The translations under genes were made by a program, and so were the position numbers. Below, in pieces: positions 38,518-47,661 of a stretch of DNA of 64,000 nt. Location: assembly GCA_028869185.1 (NCBI GenBank), contig JAGWTA010000008.1, positions 13,601-77,600 on the forward strand, written 5' to 3'. The stretch is from Hyphomicrobiales bacterium (GTDB taxonomy: Bacteria > Pseudomonadota > Alphaproteobacteria > Rhizobiales > Beijerinckiaceae). How positions within the stretch are numbered: position 1 is the stretch's first letter; every line of letters begins with the position of its first letter. The notes under the pieces were generated by a model. It was not told the DNA's origin, did not search any database, and saw only the letters and a list, made by a program, of their open reading frames with translations.

Positions 38518-39270
38518 TTATCCCGCAGCAATGTCCTCAAGACGCGCGGGCTCCAGCAGCCGCACGCCGTCAGGCACGACCACGATGGCCTTTTCGCGCG
38601 CCAGCTTGGAAATGGCGCGGCTGACCGTCTCGATGGTCAGACCGAGAAAATCGGCAATGTCCTGTCGCGTCATCGGTAGCGGCACGGTCACCGAGCCGCC
38701 GTTGAACTTGGCCCAGCGACGGCGCAACCCGACCAGAAAACACACAACGCGTTCCTCGGCGGTGCGGCGACCGATAATCACCATCTGCTCTTGCGCCAGC
38801 CGCAATTCGTGTCCGACCATGTCGTAAAGCTTGCGCAGGAAAGCCGGCTGCGTATCGAGAAAAGCCGAAAAGCTTTCGCGGTTGAACTTGCAGGCCGTGA
38901 CCGCTGTCAGCGCATCGGCGCAGTAAACGTTGCGGTCGGTCATCGACAGACCGAGAAAATCGCCGGGAATGGCGAAACCGACTACCTGACGGCGCCCGTC
39001 CGGCAGCAGCCGGTAGAGCCGCACCGCGCCTTCGGTGACATTGAGCACGGAATCGGCGTGTTCGTCCTGCGTCATCATCGCTTGCCGGGGCGCATAACAG
39101 CTGGCGCGCGCCAAAACCGACAGTTCCAGAACTTCGCGATCATCCAGCGCAGCGCAGGGCGAGAAAGGGCGCACCTTGCAATGCAGGCAATCGACGCCAT
39201 GACTGGCGTGCCCGCAAACGCCCGGAATGGACCGGTCGACCACCAATGGTTCGTGCGCGGCGTAGTTCAT
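38518..39270 (-). CDS. Crp/Fnr-family regulator, FnrN/AadR-type (N-terminal Cys cluster, likely 4Fe-4S oxygen sensor)
   Basis: N-terminal cysteines CGHASHGVDCLHCKVRPFSPC (contains Cx2Cx7C) plus a central Cys (VTACKF). cNMP-binding fold and a C-terminal HTH (MTRQDIADFLGLTIETVSRAISKL). Confidence 0.85.
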   Translation of the reverse strand: MNYAAHEPLVVDRSIPGVCGHASHGVDCLHCKVRPFSPCAALDDREVLELSVLARASCYAPRQAMMTQDEHADSVLNVTEGAVRLYRLLPDGRRQVVGFAIPGDFLGLSMTDRNVYCADALTAVTACKFNRESFSAFLDTQPAFLRKLYDMVGHELRLAQEQMVIIGRRTAEERVVCFLVGLRRRWAKFNGGSVTVPLPMTRQDIADFLGLTIETVSRAISKLAREKAIVVVPDGVRLLEPARLEDIAAG

Positions 39271-39339
39271 GACGCAATTCTATCCATTTTGCGGCGCCCG
39301 CGCCAGTAATGTGTCCACGCGACTTTCGTCAGCGGGGTG

Positions 39340-39695
39340 GGACTTTGCGCCGCAGGCTGGAGGCCCTATATTCAGGGCGCCGTCGCAAGGCGGCTATGGC
39401 GATAAACAGGCTCCGTAATAAACCATCCGGACCCGGGGGCGGTACCCGGCGCCTCCACCACAGCCCGGCGAGCCGGGCTGCGGCGGGGGCGAAACAGGAT
39501 CGACGGGGGCGTAAAGGGTGTTCTTTCGCTCGGCATGATACCGCCGTTATCGGGTCAACCTTATAGTTGCCAACGACAACTATGCTCCGGTGGCCGTCGC
39601 CGCGTAATGCGGTTCCGGTACTGGGATTCAAGCCCTAGAGGGTAGCACTTCTAGGCGGGGCTCGGAGGCGCCTGGCAACAGAAGCCTCCACTTTA
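39340..39695 (+). ncRNA. ssrA: circularly permuted (two-piece) tmRNA gene
   Basis: The acceptor piece ends ...CCGGG-GGCGGTA-CCCGG-CGCCTCC-ACCA at 39460. An intervening hairpin CAGCCCGG-CGAG-CCGGGCTG spans 39461-39480. The coding piece starts GGGGGCGAAACAGGATCGACGGGGG at 39485. Its GGGGGCG pairs with CGCCTCC, giving a G3-U70 wobble. The tag reading frame GCC AAC GAC AAC TAT GCT CCG GTG GCC GTC GCC GCG TAA (39569-39607) encodes ANDNYAPVAVAA. The outer 5' and 3' boundaries are approximate. Confidence 0.9.
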
Positions 39696-39755
39696 TTCGT
39701 CGCCTCGCGTAAATTTCTCAGCGTTGAAAACGATTCCCGGGAAAAGACCGCTTTC

Positions 39756-40394
39756 ATGGCGACCGATCACATCCGTTACGATCTTCTGGTGCAGGATGCG
39801 CTGCGCGGCGTTTTTCGCAAGGTGATGCAGGACGTGGCAGCCAACGGCCTGCCGGGCGAGCATCATTTCTACATCACCTTCAAGACGGGCGCGCCGGGCG
39901 TGAAAATGTCCGACAGGCTGCGCGCGCAATATCCCGACGTCATGACCATCATCCTGCAGCACCAGTTCTGGGACCTGACTGTCGATGACAACGCTTTCGG
40001 CGTCGGTCTGTCGTTCCGTCAGATTCCCGAAAAGCTGCATGTGCCCTTTGCGGCCGTGACCGGCTTTTTCGATCCTTCGGTCAACTTCGGCGCGGAATTT
40101 GCGGTCGATGAGGCAGCCGCAGGCGATCTGCCGGCGCTGCGGCCGGTCGCGCCCCTGTCCGAACCCGCGGCGGCCCAGCCAAAGGCCGCGCCCGATCGCA
40201 AAGGCGCTGACAAGTCTGTGGAAAAACCGGCTGCGAAAGCACGGCCCGCACAATCTGAAAAGAGCGAGAGCGCGCCCGCGCGGCCGCGCGGCGGCGCATC
40301 GGAGCCAAAGGTCGTTCCGGCGGCCGAAGAAGCCGCTGCCGATTCGTCGCCGAAAGTCGTCTCCATCGACGCCTTTCGCAAGAAAACGCCGTGA
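39756..40394 (+). CDS. sspB: SspB-type ClpXP adaptor (alphaproteobacterial SspB-alpha-like)
   Basis: The N-terminal domain reads IRYDLLVQDALRGVFRKVMQDVAANGLPGEHHFYITFKTGAPGVKMSDRLRAQYPDVMTIILQHQFWDL. It is followed by a low-complexity linker and a basic C-terminal tail ...VVSIDAFRKKTP, which I read as a ClpX-binding-type tail. Confidence 0.8.
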   Translation: MATDHIRYDLLVQDALRGVFRKVMQDVAANGLPGEHHFYITFKTGAPGVKMSDRLRAQYPDVMTIILQHQFWDLTVDDNAFGVGLSFRQIPEKLHVPFAAVTGFFDPSVNFGAEFAVDEAAAGDLPALRPVAPLSEPAAAQPKAAPDRKGADKSVEKPAAKARPAQSEKSESAPARPRGGASEPKVVPAAEEAAADSSPKVVSIDAFRKKTP

Positions 40395-40570
40395 GCGGCG
40401 AGATCGTCAATCTGCGCCGCGCGCGTAAACAGCGCGACCGCCTCGATGCACAGGCGCGCGCTGCGGAAAATCGCGCCGTCCACGGCAGGGCCAAGGACGA
40501 GCGCAAGAGCGCTGAGACCGAGCGCGCACGCCAGAACCGGCAGCTCGACGGCGCCAAGCGCGAACCCTGA
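40391..40570 (+). CDS. DUF4169-like small basic protein (59 aa; not in the ORF track)
   Basis: My own translation is VSGEIVNLRRARKQRDRLDAQARAAENRAVHGRAKDERKSAETERARQNRQLDGAKREP. The GTG overlaps the sspB TGA (GTGA). The IVNLRxARK...AAENRAxxGRxK pattern recalls DUF4169. Confidence 0.6.
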   Translation: MSGEIVNLRRARKQRDRLDAQARAAENRAVHGRAKDERKSAETERARQNRQLDGAKREP

Positions 40571-40577
40571 CCAGCGC

Positions 40578-40808
40578 ATGCCAGAGGCGCCGCAAACAGT
40601 CGTCAAACGATCGCTGCGCGTAGCAGGCCACCAAACCAGCGTTTCGCTCGAACAGGCGTTCTGGGACGCATTGAAAGCGGTCGCCAGCGCGCGAGGCGTT
40701 TCGCTCGCAGCGCTCGTCGCAGAAATCGACGCCGAGCGCGGTAAAGCCAATCTTTCCTCCGCCCTTCGCGTCTTCGCCCTGCGGCGCGCGCAGGAGGGCG
40801 CTCAGTAA
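40578..40808 (+). CDS. ribbon-helix-helix (RHH_4-type) domain protein
   Basis: MPEAPQTVVKRSLRVAGHQTSVSLEQAFWDALKAVASARGVSLAALVAEIDAERGKANLSSALRVFAL. The ATG lies 7 nt after the DUF4169 stop. The ORF-track start at 40446 is probably an extension. Confidence 0.7.
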   Translation: MPEAPQTVVKRSLRVAGHQTSVSLEQAFWDALKAVASARGVSLAALVAEIDAERGKANLSSALRVFALRRAQEGAQ

Positions 40809-43800
40809 CGGCCCGCGCTCGCGGGATCGGGCGGGTGATCGCCGCGCGTTGGCGAGAAAGCGGCGGGCGGCCGCGGCGGGGGCAACGGCGCCGCTGGTGT
40901 TTCCTGCGCTTTTTGCGCCGCGCGCTCGGCTTCGGCGCGCGCTTCTTCCGCGCGGCGTTTCTGTTCGGCGGCGTAACGCCGCTCCTCGTCGATACGCCGA
41001 CTGATCTTCAGACGACGATTAAAAAACGAGCGCTCGCGCACATCGGCCTCGAATGCTGCCGCGCGCGCGCGTTCTCGCGCGCCCGCGCGCATGGCGAGAA
41101 ATCCGAACAAGGCGTCAGCATCGACGCGGCGCGTCAGCGCGCTGCGGACAGGGCCGCGATAGGCAACTTCAACGGCAGGCGAATTTTCAGGGGTCTTGTC
41201 CGACCCTTCCGGCCGCACCTGCGCCTTTGCCTCAAGCTGCAGCGTGCGCAGATCGATATTCGCAACCGGCCCTTGCGCCGCATCGCCCAGCGTGAGCACG
41301 CCCGCAGCAAGTCGCGCTGGCGCGCCTGTTTCGGCAAACCGCAGCGAACCTTGATCCAGACCGCGCGTCAGCGTGGCCGCAACAGCCTTGGCCTCGAACG
41401 GGGTCGCATCCTGCTCGATTGTCGCAATGGCTTGCGCGAGCCCTTGCGGGGAAGCGCCGTCCACCGCGCCCTCGCGCCAGTCCGCGCGCCCTTCGCCCGC
41501 CAAGGCGCCGACAAGCTCGGCCGCCGATCCGCCCGCGCCCGAAAAGGCCATGTCGCCGGAAACGCGGGCGGCGAGCGGCCCGGCCGACAGCGCAAGATCG
41601 TCCCCCTTGAAGCGCGCTTCAAGCGACACTACGCCGCCAGCGCGGCGCATCGTCGCCTCGCCCTTCAAGGTCCCGCCTGCGACATGCAACGCGCTATCGG
41701 AAAGACCGATGCGATCGGCGGCCATTTTCAACCGCCCATGCATGTCTTCCGCGCTCAGTGCGCCAAGACTGAATTTTTGGACCGAAAGCTCGACATCAGC
41801 TGTTGGCGGTTCGATCATCTGTGGCGCGAATTTCAGGTCGGACCATACGCTGCCGGCGCGCGCCGGCGGCGCGGGGCCGGTCAGCAACGCGACCACATCA
41901 TCGCCGGCAAGCTGATCAGCGGAGAGCGTTCCCGTGATCGGCGCGCCCGCGCGTTTTTCGAGAGCGCCGGTCCAATGCGTTCCGCCAATCCGGGCGTCGA
42001 GCCCGGCGAATGACCACAATCCGTCCGTCGCACTGAGCCTCGCCGCGCCATGGCCTGCGAGCCCGCCGAGCGCGTCGAGTGGCCGCAGCGCGAGAATTTG
42101 CAACAGCGGCGCGAGATTTTGCGCGGCCAGCGTCACATCGCCCGACAATGCATCGCCGGAATCGAGCGCGCCGGAGAATTCGATTTGCGCGTCCTTCATT
42201 TGCGCTTCGCCCGTCAGGCGCAATGGTCCTGTCGCCGCGCCGCGCGCCTGCGCGAAAATGCGTCCGCGCCCGAAGCCTCGCAACGGCAGCGCAGCGGGCG
42301 CGCCAAGTTGTCGCAACAACACCGCAACATCGGGCGCAATCGCCAGCGTATCAAGGAAGCGCGCGCCGTTGACGTCTTGCGTGTACCGCGCATCGACATT
42401 GGTCCCGCCGGCAAGGCCGCTGGCGCGCGCATCCTCAAGACCGCGCGCTCCCGAGCGAAGAGTGAACGACAATTTCGCCGGCGACAACGCAGCGGCGCGC
42501 GCAACGAGCAGATCCGTCAACACGCCCGGCGCAAGTCGGCGCGCCAGCGCCGCAAGATCGCCCAGTCGCGCAGCATCGAGATTGACGTCGAATAGCGCGT
42601 CGTCTCCCACCGCGCGCCCCGAGCCTTCAAGATTGGCGCCGCCGAGATCGGCGATGGACAGTTTTTCGATGATGAGCGCGCCATCGCGCCGCAATGCATG
42701 CGCAAAAATGCGGCCTGCGCGCGTCGCGCCCCCCACGCCAAATGTTGCGGTCTGCGCATCGATCGTCACATCGGCGTCGAAGGCGCCGCCGCGCAACGCT
42801 GCAAGATCGGGAGCTGTTTCGAGATCAAGCGCGGGCGCTGCGATTCTGGCGGCCAGCAGCGGCTTGTCGCGATTGGCGACGCGCCAGGCGACATCCCCGG
42901 AAAAATGCAACGCGCCAAACTGCATCTCGGCGCCCTGCGCGCCGAGGTCGCCATTGGCGCGCGCCACCAATCCGGAAAATCGCGCCGGTCCCGCATAGGC
43001 GATTGGCGCTGTGCCGGAGAGCCCTCCGAACCACTGCGAGAAAGCTGCGGTGTCGCGTGCAGAAAACGCGAGTCGCCCGACGATGTCGCGAGAATCGAAA
43101 CTGGCGGCGCCGTCATAGTCGACATGCGCGCCGCCTGGTGCATCGAAATGCAGGACGACATGCGGGCGCGCGCCCGGCGTCAACGTCGCTTCGACTGAAA
43201 CAGCGCCAAGCGTCTGGCCGCCCAGCGTCGCCGTATCGGCGCCCAGATGCACTTTCAAGGACGCGCCGAAACGCGCCGCCTGCGGATTGTAAAGCGCGCT
43301 GAACGCATCAAGGTCGGCCATGCGCGCGGCAAGATCGAAACGGGCGCCGTCCGCCTCGCTCCAGCCGCCCGAACCATCGAACGACAATGCGTGATCGTCG
43401 TCGCCGATTTTCAACGCCATTTTTTCCGCGCGAACGGACGAAGCGTCGGCAAGACCAGCAAAAGTCGCGCGCCACGGCGCGCGGACAACGCCCGCGTCAT
43501 CGCCTTGCGCGACGCCTGAGCCCGCAAAGGCCAGCTCACGGCCCTGCATGCGCAGATCGCCCGCAACATCGAGCGAAACGCCGGCGAGCGCATCCTGCAG
43601 CGACAGTTTGAGAGGCGTCGCGCCCGTCGCGTCGGGCGCCGTAGTCAGGGAAAATTTGAGCCGTCGCCCGCCGACCTGCATTTCGCCCTGCGCATGCGTC
43701 GGCCCGGCCAGGCCTTCGGTCGCGCCTTGCGCATCCAGATGTTCGATAACGAGCGGATGGGGGCCGGCAAGGCGCGCCTGCGCCTCGCGCAACGTGAAAT

Positions 43801-44182
43801 CGCCAAGCGAGAATTTCAGCGAGCCCCGCCCGTCCGGCCATAGCGCGGGATCGACGACGATGCGCGGCGCAGAGAGCCTGGCGCGATCAAGCCGCCATGC
43901 GCCGCGCAAAAGCGCCGTTGGCGAAAGTTCGAATTCGGCGTCCTCGGCCTCGATCGACAGACCCGGGCCCGCCAGCGCAAAACCGCGCGTTTCCAGGCGC
44001 GGCGCTGGCAGCAGCCGAACCTTGAGCGCGCCAGGCAGTTTGATTGTCGCGCCTGTCGCAGCCGACAAACGCGCCTCAAGCGCGTCGCGATGGGCGTTCC
44101 AGTCGATGAACGGCGGAACCGCCAGCGCCGCCGTCAGAATGGCGACGAGCGAAGCCCCGGCAATGGTGAGAATTTCGCGCAA
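40802..44182 (-). CDS. AsmA-family large envelope protein
   Basis: 1126 aa. N-terminal TM anchor (MREILTIAGASLVAILTAALAVPPFIDW), a long Ala/Gly/Leu-rich beta-rich body and a charged/Pro-rich C-terminus. This architecture is typical of AsmA/TamB-like proteins. Confidence 0.75.
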   Translation of the reverse strand: MREILTIAGASLVAILTAALAVPPFIDWNAHRDALEARLSAATGATIKLPGALKVRLLPAPRLETRGFALAGPGLSIEAEDAEFELSPTALLRGAWRLDRARLSAPRIVVDPALWPDGRGSLKFSLGDFTLREAQARLAGPHPLVIEHLDAQGATEGLAGPTHAQGEMQVGGRRLKFSLTTAPDATGATPLKLSLQDALAGVSLDVAGDLRMQGRELAFAGSGVAQGDDAGVVRAPWRATFAGLADASSVRAEKMALKIGDDDHALSFDGSGGWSEADGARFDLAARMADLDAFSALYNPQAARFGASLKVHLGADTATLGGQTLGAVSVEATLTPGARPHVVLHFDAPGGAHVDYDGAASFDSRDIVGRLAFSARDTAAFSQWFGGLSGTAPIAYAGPARFSGLVARANGDLGAQGAEMQFGALHFSGDVAWRVANRDKPLLAARIAAPALDLETAPDLAALRGGAFDADVTIDAQTATFGVGGATRAGRIFAHALRRDGALIIEKLSIADLGGANLEGSGRAVGDDALFDVNLDAARLGDLAALARRLAPGVLTDLLVARAAALSPAKLSFTLRSGARGLEDARASGLAGGTNVDARYTQDVNGARFLDTLAIAPDVAVLLRQLGAPAALPLRGFGRGRIFAQARGAATGPLRLTGEAQMKDAQIEFSGALDSGDALSGDVTLAAQNLAPLLQILALRPLDALGGLAGHGAARLSATDGLWSFAGLDARIGGTHWTGALEKRAGAPITGTLSADQLAGDDVVALLTGPAPPARAGSVWSDLKFAPQMIEPPTADVELSVQKFSLGALSAEDMHGRLKMAADRIGLSDSALHVAGGTLKGEATMRRAGGVVSLEARFKGDDLALSAGPLAARVSGDMAFSGAGGSAAELVGALAGEGRADWREGAVDGASPQGLAQAIATIEQDATPFEAKAVAATLTRGLDQGSLRFAETGAPARLAAGVLTLGDAAQGPVANIDLRTLQLEAKAQVRPEGSDKTPENSPAVEVAYRGPVRSALTRRVDADALFGFLAMRAGARERARAAAFEADVRERSFFNRRLKISRRIDEERRYAAEQKRRAEEARAEAERAAQKAQETPAAPLPPPRPPAAFSPTRGDHPPDPASAGRY

Positions 44183-44231
44183 TAAAGCGTCCCGCAGCCC
44201 CCGCCGCCCTCCATTTTACGACGACGTCGGC

Positions 44232-45650
44232 CTAAACGTCGATGATTTTCCCCGGATTCATGATGTTTGCCGGATCGAGCGCGCGCTTGATCGCGCGCAT
44301 CACGTCAAGCGCGCCGGGCGTATGCTCGACCGGCATGAATTTCATTTTCGCTTGCCCGACGCCATGTTCGCCCGTGCATGTGCCGCCCATTGCGAGAGCG
44401 CGCCGCACGAGGCGCTCCGAAAATTCCTTGGCGCGCCGCACATCATCGGGATCCTGATTATCGAACAGAACGCCGCAATGAAAATTTCCGTCGCCGACAT
44501 GGCCAACGATCGGCGCCAGCAAGTCATGTTCGGCGGCGTCTTTCTGCGTCTGCGTCACGCAATCGGCAAGACGCGAAATCGGCACGCAGACATCGGTTGC
44601 AAATCCAACCATCTGCTGTTTTGTCTTGAGCGTCTGATAGGCCCAGAAGACATCGTGCCGGGCCTTCCACAATTTCGTGCGTTCTTCGGCGTTTGTCGTC
44701 CAGTGAAACGGGCCGCCGCCGAATTCGGCCGCGATCTCGCCAAACCGCGCCGTCTGTTCCTCGACGCCCTCCGCGCTGCCGTGAAATTCGAGAAACAGCA
44801 TCGGCGTTTCGGCAAGGCCCAGTTTGGAATAATTGTTGAACGCTCGCACGGTCATTTCATCGCACAATTCGATGCGCGCGATTGGCAGGCCGGTCTGGAT
44901 CGTCTGAATCACTGCATCGCATGCCGCTTTCACACTCGGGAACTGGCAGGTCGCGGCGGAAATCGCTTCCGGAATGCCAAACAGCCGCAGCGTTATTTCA
45001 GTGATGACGCCGAGCGTGCCCTCGGCGCCGACATAGAGCCGCGTCAGATCGTAACCGGCTGACGATTTGCGGGCGCGCGAGCCGGTCTTGATGATGTCGC
45101 CCTGCGGCGTCACCACCGTCAGCGCCAGCACATTGTCCTTCATCGTGCCGTAACGAACCGCATTCGTTCCCGATGCGCGGGTCGAAGTCATGCCGCCGAT
45201 CGAGGCGTCGGCGCCGGGATCGATAGGAAAGAACAGGCCGGTGTCGCGCAGGAAGGCGTTGAGCGCCGTGCGCGTTATCCCGGGCTGAACGACGCAGTCG
45301 AGATCTTCGGCGTGAACCGACAGCACCTGATTCATTCGCGACAGATCGATCGAAACGCCGCCGAATGGCGCATTGATATGACCTTCCAGCGACGTTCCTG
45401 TTCCAAAGGCGATGACCGGGACGCCGCGCGCGGCGCAAAGCTTCACCGCATCGGCGACGTCTTCCGTCGATTCAGCGAAAATCACGGCGTCCGGCGGTTG
45501 GTTGGGCGTCCAGGACAGCGTGTGTCCGTGCTGGCGCCGCACCGCTTGCGCCGTGGCGAGCTTGTTGCCAAACCGCGCGGCGAGTTCCTCGACAAGGGCG
45601 GCGATAACCGCTTCGGCGGGCCGGGCGGTCAAGGGAGCGGCTGACGGCAA
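44232..45650 (-). CDS. FAD-linked oxidase (GlcD / D-lactate dehydrogenase-like)
   Basis: 472 aa. An FAD-binding PCMH-type N-terminal domain and a C-terminal FAD-oxidase domain ending ...GEHGVGQAKMKFM...LDPANIMNPGKI. Confidence 0.85.
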   Translation of the reverse strand: MPSAAPLTARPAEAVIAALVEELAARFGNKLATAQAVRRQHGHTLSWTPNQPPDAVIFAESTEDVADAVKLCAARGVPVIAFGTGTSLEGHINAPFGGVSIDLSRMNQVLSVHAEDLDCVVQPGITRTALNAFLRDTGLFFPIDPGADASIGGMTSTRASGTNAVRYGTMKDNVLALTVVTPQGDIIKTGSRARKSSAGYDLTRLYVGAEGTLGVITEITLRLFGIPEAISAATCQFPSVKAACDAVIQTIQTGLPIARIELCDEMTVRAFNNYSKLGLAETPMLFLEFHGSAEGVEEQTARFGEIAAEFGGGPFHWTTNAEERTKLWKARHDVFWAYQTLKTKQQMVGFATDVCVPISRLADCVTQTQKDAAEHDLLAPIVGHVGDGNFHCGVLFDNQDPDDVRRAKEFSERLVRRALAMGGTCTGEHGVGQAKMKFMPVEHTPGALDVMRAIKRALDPANIMNPGKIIDV

Positions 45651-45724
45651 GTTTCCCTCCAGGGAAGGTCGTTGCCCTAGCCTAGCGCGTTGGGTGCGCG
45701 AGAAAAAGATGCTAGGGCGGCGCC

Positions 45725-47581
45725 ATGAGCCCCGCCCTCCCGCGCCGCCCTGATATAGACGGGTTGCGCGCCCTCGCCATCGTCCCGATCGTCGCCTTTC
45801 ACGCCGGGCTTTCGCAGCTGCGCGGCGGCTTTGTCGGCGTCGACATTTTTTTCGTCATTTCCGGCTTTCTCATCACGGCCATCATTTCGCGCGACATGGC
45901 GCTTGGCGCATTTTCGCTCCTCGCCTTCTACCGCCGGCGCGTCGCGCGGATATTCCCTGCGCTGTTCGTCATGCTGGCGGGCGTTTTGGCGCTGGGCTGC
46001 GCGCTGCTTTTGCCCGATGACGTGCGCGCGCTCGCCGAAAGCGCTGCGGCTGCCGCAGCATTCGTCTCGAACATCTTTTTCGAGCGTAGCGCTGGCTATT
46101 TCGCGCCCGCCGCCGAAACGATCCCGCTGCTGCACACCTGGTCGCTCGGCGTCGAGGAGCAGTTTTATCTGTTCTATCCACCGCTGCTGATGGCGGCGCG
46201 CCGTTTTTTTCCGCAGAGCTTGCCGCGCGTCGTCGCGACATTCGCGCTGGTTTCATTCGCGCTGAGCCTTTACTGGGCGCAAGTCTGGCCTGACGGCGCT
46301 TTCTATCTTTTGCCGAGCAGGGCATGGGAACTGGCGCTGGGCGGCCTTGTTGCGCTGGGCGCATTCCCGCCCATCGGCCCGCGCGCACGGCAAGCCGCGG
46401 CCGCGCTTGGTCTCGCCCTGCTCCTGCTTGGTCTTCTTGTCGCGCAGCCCGGCGCACTTTTTCCGGCGCCGCTGGCGCTGATGCCCTGCGGCGGCGCGGC
46501 TTTGCTGATCGCATACGGCGAAACGGCGAAAACCCGCGCGCTGCTTGCCTCAAGGCCGCTCGTCGCCATCGGCGCAATCTCTTATTCGCTTTATCTGTGG
46601 CATTGGCCGGCGATCGTTCTGGCGCGTCTGGTTTACGATCCGCAATTGCGCGCGCCGACAGCGCTCGCCGCGGTCGGCTTCGCGCTTCTGGCGGCGGTCG
46701 CGTCCTGGCGTTTCGTCGAGCGGCCGCTGCAGGCGCGCTTGCGCGAGGCGACCCCAGGCCCCGTGGTCGGCGCGGGCGCGACCGCGCTGTGCGGCATGAT
46801 GGCGTTGGCCTGGGGCGTTGGGCGCAATGCAGACCATTGGCGCACATTGCCGGCGCCCGTGCGCAAGGTCGCATCCTACGTTGACTATCGGGCCTGGCCG
46901 CAGCATCGCGCGCAATTTGTTGAAGGGACCTGTTTCGTCAGCCTCGGCGAAACCTTCGATCGCGCGCAATGCCTGCGCATGGACCCGCACAAGCGCAATA
47001 TGCTGGTGTTCGGCGACAGCCACGCCGCGCAATATTGGCGCGCGATCGCCGATCGCTTTCCAGCATGGAACGTGATGCAGGCGACGGGCTCGGCCTGCCG
47101 CCCCATGCATGGCGTTTCGACAGAAAGCCATTGCAACGATTTCGTACCCTTCGTGCTTGACCATTTTCTCGTCGACAACCGGCCTGACGCCGTCGTGCTC
47201 GCCGGCCGCTGGCTGGAAGGCGAAACGCCGGCGCTGGAACAAACCGCGCGCGCCATCATGGCCCGTGGCGCCGCCGTAACGATCATCGGCCCCGGAGTGG
47301 AGTACGAGGGCGAGTTTCCGCGCCTGCTGGCTATGGCCATGCTGCGGGGCGATGTCGCCGCGCTTGACGGGCTGCGCGTTGCCGACCGCGCGCCGCTTGA
47401 CCGCGAAATCGCCGCCATGGCGGCGCGTATCGGCGCCAGCTATGTTTCCGAGCAATCGATCGAGTGCCCGGACAATCACTGTGTGCTTTTCGACCCCGAT
47501 GGCGGGCCTTTCCACTATGATTACGGCCATATAACGCTGGCCGGCGCGCGTCTGGTGGCTGCCGCCATAAAGGTGCCTTAA
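45725..47581 (+). CDS. acyltransferase-3 (AT3) membrane domain fused to an SGNH-like domain (OafA/YrhL-like O-acyltransferase)
   Basis: N-terminus IDGLRALAIVPIVAFHAG...GVDIFFVISGFLIT followed by about 10 TM segments. The C-terminal roughly 250 aa is a soluble domain with GDSHA. Confidence 0.85.
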   Translation: MSPALPRRPDIDGLRALAIVPIVAFHAGLSQLRGGFVGVDIFFVISGFLITAIISRDMALGAFSLLAFYRRRVARIFPALFVMLAGVLALGCALLLPDDVRALAESAAAAAAFVSNIFFERSAGYFAPAAETIPLLHTWSLGVEEQFYLFYPPLLMAARRFFPQSLPRVVATFALVSFALSLYWAQVWPDGAFYLLPSRAWELALGGLVALGAFPPIGPRARQAAAALGLALLLLGLLVAQPGALFPAPLALMPCGGAALLIAYGETAKTRALLASRPLVAIGAISYSLYLWHWPAIVLARLVYDPQLRAPTALAAVGFALLAAVASWRFVERPLQARLREATPGPVVGAGATALCGMMALAWGVGRNADHWRTLPAPVRKVASYVDYRAWPQHRAQFVEGTCFVSLGETFDRAQCLRMDPHKRNMLVFGDSHAAQYWRAIADRFPAWNVMQATGSACRPMHGVSTESHCNDFVPFVLDHFLVDNRPDAVVLAGRWLEGETPALEQTARAIMARGAAVTIIGPGVEYEGEFPRLLAMAMLRGDVAALDGLRVADRAPLDREIAAMAARIGASYVSEQSIECPDNHCVLFDPDGGPFHYDYGHITLAGARLVAAAIKVP

Positions 47582-47661
47582 AGACGGACGCCTCGTGACA
47601 TCGGGCCTGAGCGCCCCCACATTGGGACTTCTCCCGAATCGCTTGCGCCGGAGCGCCCATT

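Noticed and set aside
39309-39631. ORFs 39309-39566(+) and 39329-39631(-), which might be read as small proteins between fnr and sspB.
   Set aside because: The region is fully explained by the two-piece tmRNA: acceptor stem, CCA, GGATCGACGGG motif, and a tag ORF ending in VAA-stop.
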